A stretch of 47,272 bases of DNA, from sequence record SRR9188676_2819. One strand, written 5' to 3'. Made by a program: the position numbers and the translations under genes. A model generated the notes under the pieces. It was not told the origin of the DNA and did not search any database. It saw nothing but the letters and a program-made list of their open reading frames with translations. The first letter of the stretch is position 1. Each line of letters begins with the position of its first letter. This document shows, one piece after another, positions 27,898 through 35,425 of the stretch.

Positions 27898-30291
27898 TTA
27901 CTCTACATCAACATTTTGTAAGCCACCTTTCAAGGCAATACTTTTTCCATTCCAAACAAATCTTCCTGAAAGGTTAGCTGGAAGGTTTACTTCTCCAGAA
28001 ATACCTGTTTTTCCTTTACGTTTTAGCTTTACTGTAATTTCTCCAGATGGATGTGGTACTTTTCCTGATACGTTTTCTAAATCGCCTAAAGCTGGTTGAA
28101 TACGTACTTCCTCAAAGCCCGGAGCATCTGGCATAATCCCACAAATGGTCGATAAAAAATCGTAATTCGGAGATGCCGACCAAGCGTGGCAATCTGAACG
28201 AGTTGGGTCTGCTTGTTCTGCAAAAGTACTTAAACCAATATTTAACATATCTCGCCAAGGTGATAATGTACTATAATATAGGGAAGCATTTCCCGATTTT
28301 TTCAAAGCTTGTGTTAGATAAAAACGGAAGTAAAAAGTAGCTTGTGTCAGACTTTGGTCGTTCAAAATCTTATCCATAATTGCTTTTTCGTTGGCTCTAG
28401 GTACGGCATTGGCAAGTATTGCAAAAATATTGGCATGCTGACTAAATGCTTTTTTGTCAGGTGTGTCGGCTACTTCGTTTTTATTTTCATCCCAGCATTG
28501 CTCGTAGCTAGATTTTGAGATTAAATCTGCCAAAGTACGGTAATAAATGGCTTTGTCTTTGTCGCCATAAGTTTCAAAAATAGCGGCAGCTTGTCGCAAA
28601 GTATAAGCGTATTGGAAAGTAATGATAGACGAATTTCCATCTGTTGCGCCGTCAGGAATACCGCCGATATCTGAGATTGGATTCCATTTCCAAGGCTTTG
28701 CCCAATCCACAAAAGACCACCATCTCATCGCACCCAACATGTTTTTTTGTGGGTCAATCTTTCTTTCGTACCAACCTAATACTTTTTCGATATTAGGCAG
28801 AAGCGATTTAACAAAAGCATCGTCTTTGCGGTGCATCCAATAATCGTAAGTCATAGAGACCCAAAACAATGAGAAAGTTGGAATGATTTGAGGCGTATTG
28901 CAAGGATAACGACTTTGTGTTAAGCCTTCGGAAGTCATTGAATTATCATAATCTGTCAAGGCTTTACGCATCAAACGGTCGTCTCCTGAAACATATAATG
29001 AAATTAATGCTTGAATTCTGGTGTCGCCAGTATATTGTAATTGTTCGTAATATGGACAATCGAAATAACTTTCGCCTGCACATAAACGAGCTGTTTGCCA
29101 GCCTACTTTCCAAATATTTTGTAAACTTGGGTCATTACTTGAGAAATTCCCTTTTTCTTCAAAAGGATAACCCGTCTTGATGCCATAAAAATCATTGATT
29201 GTTAAAGCTTCTTCTTTGGTTTCAATCGTGATTTCTATGTAGCGATAAGTTCTAAACCAAAGCGGTCTGAAACCTCTTTTAGCTTGTCCATCTGGACGAA
29301 ATATATCTTGAATGCCAATAATATGTTTTCCTTCTATCTCATTTCTATTACCTTTTACCCATTTATCATCAATCAGTGCTTCTGCATAAATAAAGCTAAT
29401 TTTCGAATCTTTCCCTCCGCTGACAATTATTTCTGGATAAGCCACTGTTTCAAAAGTTTGGTCGAGTAAAATAGTAGTTTTACTATTGGCAGGAATGGTT
29501 AAAGTACCTTTTCCTTTCAACCAATTATCATTGATTGTTAAAGTTTTAGAACTTTCATATCGTCTGATGCTATTGATATTTTGATGAATTTCTTCCATTT
29601 GCGGAATAGTTCTTGGTACTAAATACCATTCTGCTCCTGTACCTGTTCCTGAAATATAACCATGTTCTAAAGTCCGTGCATTTGTCCATTGACTATCATC
29701 AAATGTTGGTTTTTCCCAGTCGGTAGGAAATTTACTCGCTTCTACTTCTTCACCAGCACCCACCACAATATAAGTTCGAAGTTTCCTGCCATCCACTGGC
29801 AAAGGTTTATAAGCTTGATTCTGAAATACTTTCCATGTTTGGTTGGTATTAACAAGGCTTTCCAGTTCAGTATTTCCTTGCATGATAAAGCCCGTTTTAT
29901 TACTCATCTGAGCGGCAGGCATATATTCTCCAAAATTCCAAACGACGGCAGCAATGGTGTTTTTACCTTGATTGAGGTATTGAGCAATATCAAAAGTTTC
30001 AAAATTCCAGTGCATTAAATCACTTCTGGCCGGACCTGTTCCGATGAAATGTCCATTCACGAAAAGTCTATAACGATTATCACCAGAAACATTGATGATA
30101 AACTGAGCAGGTTTTTGAGCTAAGTCAAAACTTTTACGGAAATGAAACACCCCAAAATCTTTCAGATTGACATTTTGTGGAGCAATCCAATCGGCTTGCC
30201 AACGCTGTGTTAAAACCTTTTGACTTGCCTGTTGCGCTGAAATTGGAAGCGATAAAATTAAAGAGATGAACAAGGCTTGAAGTACTTTCAT
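27898..30291 (-). CDS. Alpha-L-rhamnosidase-like glycoside hydrolase (GH78)
   Basis: Signal peptide; SGDNRYRLFVNG, DCPYYEQLQYTGD, SDCHAWS. Confidence 0.85.
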   Translation of the reverse strand: MKVLQALFISLILSLPISAQQASQKVLTQRWQADWIAPQNVNLKDFGVFHFRKSFDLAQKPAQFIINVSGDNRYRLFVNGHFIGTGPARSDLMHWNFETFDIAQYLNQGKNTIAAVVWNFGEYMPAAQMSNKTGFIMQGNTELESLVNTNQTWKVFQNQAYKPLPVDGRKLRTYIVVGAGEEVEASKFPTDWEKPTFDDSQWTNARTLEHGYISGTGTGAEWYLVPRTIPQMEEIHQNINSIRRYESSKTLTINDNWLKGKGTLTIPANSKTTILLDQTFETVAYPEIIVSGGKDSKISFIYAEALIDDKWVKGNRNEIEGKHIIGIQDIFRPDGQAKRGFRPLWFRTYRYIEITIETKEEALTINDFYGIKTGYPFEEKGNFSSNDPSLQNIWKVGWQTARLCAGESYFDCPYYEQLQYTGDTRIQALISLYVSGDDRLMRKALTDYDNSMTSEGLTQSRYPCNTPQIIPTFSLFWVSMTYDYWMHRKDDAFVKSLLPNIEKVLGWYERKIDPQKNMLGAMRWWSFVDWAKPWKWNPISDIGGIPDGATDGNSSIITFQYAYTLRQAAAIFETYGDKDKAIYYRTLADLISKSSYEQCWDENKNEVADTPDKKAFSQHANIFAILANAVPRANEKAIMDKILNDQSLTQATFYFRFYLTQALKKSGNASLYYSTLSPWRDMLNIGLSTFAEQADPTRSDCHAWSASPNYDFLSTICGIMPDAPGFEEVRIQPALGDLENVSGKVPHPSGEITVKLKRKGKTGISGEVNLPANLSGRFVWNGKSIALKGGLQNVDVE

Positions 30292-30322
30292 TGTTGTTTT
30301 TGATTGATTGTGGATAATAAAA

Positions 30323-30369
30323 CGAAAATACAGATTTAGCTCAGTACTTCTTGCCTGTTCTTACCTGTT
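30323..30369 (-). promoter_or_regulatory. GH78 promoter (-7 TATTTTCG) with tandem 10-bp repeat CTTRCCTGTT
   Basis: CGAAAATA on plus strand at 30323-30330; CTTGCCTGTT CTTACCTGTT at 30350-30369. Confidence 0.5.
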
Positions 30370-30428
30370 AAGAAATAAATAGCAAAAATCCTTGATTGCT
30401 AAAGACAAATAATTTTACAAGTCTTGCT

Positions 30429-30504
30429 ATGAGCGATAAGTTTTATTTTTATAACTCATGAAATATAGTATTTTTGAGTTATAAAAATAAAACTTATCGC
30501 TCAT
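30429..30504. promoter_or_regulatory. Perfect 30-bp inverted repeat (16-bp spacer) around the fic promoter
   Basis: ATGAGCGATAAGTTTTATTTTTATAACTCA (30429-30458) and its exact reverse complement (30475-30504); -7 TATTTTTG at 30469-30476. Confidence 0.85.
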
Positions 30505-31600
30505 GCGTTGGATTTGGCAAGATAAAAATTGGGCTCATTTTGAATATGACCCATCAAAGCTACTCATTTATGAGTTAGCATTTGAGCGTAATATAGGCAA
30601 AATATGGGGAGTAATTCAGCATATTGAAGCCGAAGGATTAGAAAATTTAAAGGTCGAAATTTTATCACAAGAAGCTGTTTCTACGTCAAGTATTGAGGGA
30701 GAAATATTAAATAGAGAATCTGTTCAAAGCTCTATTAGAAAGCACTTAGGCTTGAAAAATGATTTTCGACAAGTACCGCCTAATGCTGCTGGGGTAGCTG
30801 AAATGATGGTGGATTTGTATGTAAATTATAACAAAACGCTCAACCATGAAATGCTTTTTGAATGGCATAAAATGTTAATGAATGGGAGACGTGATATAGA
30901 AACTATTGGTAGCTATAGGACACATGAAGAACCGATGCAAATTGTTTCAGGGAATTTGTCTGCTCCACGAGTGTTTTATGAAGCACCGCCTTCTGGACAA
31001 GTAAAGGCTGAAATGGATACTTTTTTGAATTGGTATCAGGAGAATTTGATTAATAATCAAAAAGTTTCAACCTTGATTTTCGCAGGAATTACGCATTTAT
31101 ATTTTGAAATAATTCACCCTTTTGAAGATGGAAATGGACGTATCGGCAGAGCTTTGGTAGATAAAGCGATTTCGCAACGAATGGGCAAGCCAGCACTTAC
31201 TTCATTTGCTAAAGTAATCGATTCACAAAAGAAAGCCTATTACCAAGCGATACAATCCTGTAATCATCAATTGAACATAGATGCTTATTTAACTTATTTT
31301 GCCGAGTTGACGTTGCAAGCACAAGATTATACCATACGAATGGTTAGTTTTCTGATTTTTAAGACAAAGTTTTTTAATCAGTACAAAGACTTATTAAATG
31401 AAAGACAAACGAAAGTTGTACTAAGGATGTTTGAATCGGGAATTGAAGGATTTAAAGGTGGTTTGAGTGCAAGTAATTACAAAACTATTTCGGGAGCTTC
31501 AAATGCAACCGTTACTCGTGATTTACAAGAATTAGTAAATATGAAAGCGCTTACTAAGACTGGAACATTGAAGAGTACACGATATTGGTTGAATCAATGA
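30503..31600 (+). CDS. Fic-family protein (DUF4172 N-terminus, Fic domain, C-terminal wHTH)
   Basis: WIWQ..NW..F.YD N-terminus; TSSIEG inhibitory motif; HPFEDGNGRIGR; ATVTRDLQELV. Confidence 0.93.
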   Translation: MRWIWQDKNWAHFEYDPSKLLIYELAFERNIGKIWGVIQHIEAEGLENLKVEILSQEAVSTSSIEGEILNRESVQSSIRKHLGLKNDFRQVPPNAAGVAEMMVDLYVNYNKTLNHEMLFEWHKMLMNGRRDIETIGSYRTHEEPMQIVSGNLSAPRVFYEAPPSGQVKAEMDTFLNWYQENLINNQKVSTLIFAGITHLYFEIIHPFEDGNGRIGRALVDKAISQRMGKPALTSFAKVIDSQKKAYYQAIQSCNHQLNIDAYLTYFAELTLQAQDYTIRMVSFLIFKTKFFNQYKDLLNERQTKVVLRMFESGIEGFKGGLSASNYKTISGASNATVTRDLQELVNMKALTKTGTLKSTRYWLNQ

Positions 31601-31711
31601 GGAATACAGTATGGAAAGCCTCTTTTACTTCTATTTTAAGAGATAGAAACTTTCTTCTTATTTGAGAGCAGAAGGTATTGAAAATTGATACGATTATTAA
31701 TTTTTTAGAGT

Positions 31712-32407
31712 TTAAACTTCTTGTTTTCGTATTGCAATTAGTACGAATTCATAAAAATCTGTACTTTTAATTGTTAAATAATAGTCAAAAAGTTCTCTCC
31801 AATCAAGATTAGTTTTTTGTTTTGTATCTAAGACAGTTTGCCATTTTTCTTTTCTTGCTTCAATCAATATTGGAGCATTCAAATTTAGCATATCAATAGC
31901 ATTTTGAATATTATTTTTGATTGAAGGAAATCCTGAAATATTTGATTCTTTAGGTACAATTTTTCCAGAAACCAGACGGATTTTACTATTGAACTCTATA
32001 TCAAAAAAAGGGTTGATACTATCCCAAGAAGTTGTAATACATTTCTCAAAAAGAATAAAAGGGAAAAAATACCCATTTTGTTTGCCATTTGCTCTATACT
32101 TATCACAGTGACTTGTTGAAATTTTACCATCGTTCCCTTTACATACAGCAAATAGGTTATGGTAATTTAGGTCTAAATTGGGGTTATGAGACTGGCATAC
32201 TAGATGTTCAATAGTTGATGTTTTGGGGCTTATTGTCTGATTGCAGTAAGCACATAATGAATGTTGTTCATTAATGAGAGATGCTAATAATATTCTTTTT
32301 TGATTTCCAAGACTGTTATAGCCATTGTGTCCAGGCGTATCTAGTATATCCTGAATAATGTCGCTGAAATGTATAGGAACTGTTCTCTCTTTTTTTATAA
32401 ATCTCAT
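31712..32407 (-). CDS. HNH endonuclease, PtuB / TIGR02646-like
   Basis: EQHSLCAYC, IEH, YHNLFAVC, HCDKYR, MLNLN..L...R; starts 2 bp after the ATPase stop. Confidence 0.85.
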   Translation of the reverse strand: MRFIKKERTVPIHFSDIIQDILDTPGHNGYNSLGNQKRILLASLINEQHSLCAYCNQTISPKTSTIEHLVCQSHNPNLDLNYHNLFAVCKGNDGKISTSHCDKYRANGKQNGYFFPFILFEKCITTSWDSINPFFDIEFNSKIRLVSGKIVPKESNISGFPSIKNNIQNAIDMLNLNAPILIEARKEKWQTVLDTKQKTNLDWRELFDYYLTIKSTDFYEFVLIAIRKQEV

Positions 32408-32409
32408 TA

Positions 32410-33747
32410 CTATAAGCTTAAGCTACTGATTCTGTCAGTTATATCATTGATTCTGATTAGTTCTTTGTCTGTACCTGGCAATATTGATTTTAGTTTTTTA
32501 GCAATTTGAATCGCTTGATTATAATCTTCTTCGGTAGCTTCTGGGTTGGCTACAAGAGTATTAAATTTATTAAAGTAATTCAAAATTTCCACTGGTCTAA
32601 TATTGGCATCCATTGGATTGCCAAGTACAGTATTAATGTCACTTCCATAAAAAGAAGTCTCTATTTTATTGCATTGATTATTTTCTAAAATAAAAAGAAT
32701 ATCTACATTGTCATCATTCTCTGTTCTTCGTTCTTTAAAATTTGCAACGACCGTTGGGCTATGTGTTGTTATAAAGAATTGAACATTAGGGAGTAAATCT
32801 TGTAGGATACCTATAGTTTTAGATTGCCATCTTGGATGCAAATGTAAATCAATCTCATCAATTGTTACGCATCCAGTTTGATTACATGATATTTCATCTA
32901 AAGTAAGCCATGGGTTTAATTGAGAGGCTCTCCAAATTAAATCAACAATTAAATATATTAAACTTCTAAAACCATCGGAGTAGAGATTGATGGGCAAACT
33001 ATAGTACTCGTTTAATTGTATAAAAAGGTCGAATCCAAAATCGGGTTCTTGGTAAATTTTTAGTTGATTCTTATCAAATTCATCTAAGAAATACAAAAAA
33101 GTTTTTTTTATTGCATTTTCTACATTTTCAAGAATTAAATCCTTCGAGTTAATTTCTTGAATTTGTTTAGTTGCTCTTCTCGTGACTGCATTTCCTAACC
33201 ATTCAATCAAAGTTCCTTTGATTGAATTATCTTTTAAACATTGTAAATATCCATTTCTTCTTCCCAAAGCAGCATCATATTTCTGTTTTGCTGATTGAGA
33301 AGCATCTTTGAATAGTCGTTGCGTTGAATAATAAGCAATCAAGGGAGCAATATCTTGATTATCAGTATTAGCAAGTTTCTTGAATATTTTATTTCCGTAA
33401 GAACTTGCCAATCTTACATGTTTTGTATCATTATTCTTTGTATTACCATTGAAAGTTCTTTTCCATTCACCTTCAACAATGCTTGAATAAGCATTTATAG
33501 AAGTTCTTTCGGCTCTAGTGGGCTTATTGTTGGACATATAAAGTCTAGCTTCTGATAAATCGATCATCCTTTGCATTTTAGTTTCTTGTTCACCAAAAAA
33601 ACCGCCTAATGCCACATTTACGGCTTCAAGAATACTCGTTTTGCCGCTTCCATTATTACCCACAAATAGATTTATACCCGAAACAAATGAAACATTCACA
33701 GATTCGTAGTTCTTAAAATTTTCTATTTCAAGCTTGTCTATTCTCAT
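32410..33747 (-). CDS. ABC/AAA-type ATPase, PtuA-like
   Basis: Walker A GNNGSGKT, YYSTQR, YSDG signature, IDEIDLHLHPRWQ, TTHSP, YGSDINTVL. Confidence 0.88.
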   Translation of the reverse strand: MRIDKLEIENFKNYESVNVSFVSGINLFVGNNGSGKTSILEAVNVALGGFFGEQETKMQRMIDLSEARLYMSNNKPTRAERTSINAYSSIVEGEWKRTFNGNTKNNDTKHVRLASSYGNKIFKKLANTDNQDIAPLIAYYSTQRLFKDASQSAKQKYDAALGRRNGYLQCLKDNSIKGTLIEWLGNAVTRRATKQIQEINSKDLILENVENAIKKTFLYFLDEFDKNQLKIYQEPDFGFDLFIQLNEYYSLPINLYSDGFRSLIYLIVDLIWRASQLNPWLTLDEISCNQTGCVTIDEIDLHLHPRWQSKTIGILQDLLPNVQFFITTHSPTVVANFKERRTENDDNVDILFILENNQCNKIETSFYGSDINTVLGNPMDANIRPVEILNYFNKFNTLVANPEATEEDYNQAIQIAKKLKSILPGTDKELIRINDITDRISSLSL

Positions 33748-33949
33748 TTTAAATTATTTATTATCAATATCAATTGGATACCTAAAACGAAAAATTAGCA
33801 TAAACTTTTTAATCGTACAGTTGATATTGCTTTTAACTTTACACCAAAAATAGTTAAAAATGATGATAAAGTGATATTCTTGCTTTATGACATTTTTTGA
33901 ATGAGGTTATATGTAAGTCTTGGAATTAATGCAAATATGACTAAATCTT

Positions 33950-33995
33950 AAAATAAAGCCTCAACTCGAAAAAGAGAAGAGGCTTTGTTATTTTA
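33950..33995 (-). terminator. Terminator after the amidohydrolase operon
   Basis: AAAGCCTC...GAGGCTTT stem flanked by A/T tracts. Confidence 0.6.
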
Positions 33996-34006
33996 CTGAA
34001 TTTTAT

Positions 34007-35311
34007 CTACTTCGTACCATATTTCTCAGCATATTTTTTGTACAAACGTTTTTGTTTGTCGTCTAAATCTACTTTGCGACCTTGGATGAAAGCTTGTTCT
34101 ACTTTCGCTGTACGCATATCCAATACATCACCAGCAGAAACTATCAAAGTAGCATGTTTGCCCACTTCTAAAGTACCAACATATTTATCAATACCTAAGA
34201 TTTTTGCATTGTTGGCAGTGATTAATTTTAAAGCATCTTCTTTATCCATTCCGTGACCAGCAACAGTTCCTGCTACGAAAGGTAAATTACGAGTTCTCCA
34301 GTTTAAACCAATATAAGCTAAGCCAACTAAAACACCTTTTTGCTGTAATAATTGGGGCAATTTATAAGGTAAATCAGTATCGTCGTCCACTTTGTTTGGC
34401 AAACGGTGCGTTGTACCAACGATAACTGGAACATTGTTTTCTTTCAAGAAATCAGCCGCTAATAATGATTCTTCACCACCGATGATTACGATTTTCTTTA
34501 CTCCTTTGGCTTTAGCAAATTGAACTGCTTCGATGATTTCTTTTCCATAATCAGCAGAAATGTAAAGATTTTTTGAACCATCAAAAAGTCCTTTCATGGC
34601 TTCCAATTTCACATTAATTACCGCTGGATTTTTTACTTGAGCGTATGCGATGGCATCATCAAAAGTTTTGTCGATTTCTCTTAATAATTCATCTCTTTTA
34701 TCATTTCTTTTTGTCGTTGCTGTGAAAGAAGCAAAATCAAATTCACGTTTGAAATAGCCAATCCAATTGATATGAACGCCATCGTCTTTTTTCAATACTG
34801 CATCTTCCCAGTTCCAACCATCCAATTGCATGATTGATGACATCCCAGTGATAATATCACCTTGTGGAGTAGCTTGCGTCAACAAAATACCATTACTTCT
34901 TACTGTTGGAATCAATTCTGAATCTGTATTATAAGCAATCAAGGCACGAACGTGTGGGTTGAATGGTCCAATTTCAGCTTGGTCGTCAGTAGCACGAACA
35001 GCTTCAATTTCAACCATACCTAATTGGTTAGCGGGTGAAATTAAGCCCGGATAAACGCTTTTGCCAGCTACATCAATTACTTCTGTATTCGCTTTGTTGA
35101 AAGTGGTATTTGCATCACCAACGGCAGTAATAATTCCTTTATCAAAAACGATTACTCCGTTCTGAATTACTTTTCCTGAGGCAGTATGAATCGTTGCACC
35201 CGTCAAAGCAATGGCTTTGGTTTGTGGTGAACCTGCTGCCTGATTTTGAGCAAACATTGTATTCGCCAGCAATAGGAATACAAGGCTGTATATGTATTTT
35301 ATGTTTTTCAT
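34007..35311 (-). CDS. Secreted amidohydrolase-family protein with degenerate metal motif
   Basis: Signal peptide; DVAGKSVYPGLI, ITANNAKILG, GTLEVGKHA; no HxH after PGLI. Confidence 0.85.
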   Translation of the reverse strand: MKNIKYIYSLVFLLLANTMFAQNQAAGSPQTKAIALTGATIHTASGKVIQNGVIVFDKGIITAVGDANTTFNKANTEVIDVAGKSVYPGLISPANQLGMVEIEAVRATDDQAEIGPFNPHVRALIAYNTDSELIPTVRSNGILLTQATPQGDIITGMSSIMQLDGWNWEDAVLKKDDGVHINWIGYFKREFDFASFTATTKRNDKRDELLREIDKTFDDAIAYAQVKNPAVINVKLEAMKGLFDGSKNLYISADYGKEIIEAVQFAKAKGVKKIVIIGGEESLLAADFLKENNVPVIVGTTHRLPNKVDDDTDLPYKLPQLLQQKGVLVGLAYIGLNWRTRNLPFVAGTVAGHGMDKEDALKLITANNAKILGIDKYVGTLEVGKHATLIVSAGDVLDMRTAKVEQAFIQGRKVDLDDKQKRLYKKYAEKYGTK

Positions 35312-35342
35312 TGTATGTTCTTTTGAAAAAATGTTTTAAGTC

Positions 35343-35424
35343 AGTCTATGAGTTCATGAGTTTAAAGTTGATGAGTAAATGTAATGCGATAAATCATTCA
35401 TTCACCATTCACTCAATCACAACT
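35343..35424. repeat. Degenerate head-to-head octamer/tetramer arrays
   Basis: AGTCTATG AGTTCATG AGTTTAA AGTTGATG AGTAAATG opposed by (ATTC/ACTC)n. Confidence 0.5.
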
Positions 35425-35425
35425 A

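Noticed and set aside
30427..30504. Mini-ORFs starting in the inverted-repeat arms (MSDKFYFYNS on +, 25 aa on -) as a Fic antitoxin
   Set aside because: By-products of the repeat; no (S/T)xxxE(G/N) motif, and Fic carries its own inhibitory motif
30419..33922. AAGTCTTG direct repeat (30419-30426 and 33915-33922) as att site or target duplication of the islet
   Set aside because: Only 8 bp in AT-rich DNA, expected by chance; no integrase or tRNA present
31712..34006. Complete type I-A retron
   Set aside because: No reverse transcriptase ORF (no YADD-type motif) nearby, and the 259-bp upstream gap cannot hold one
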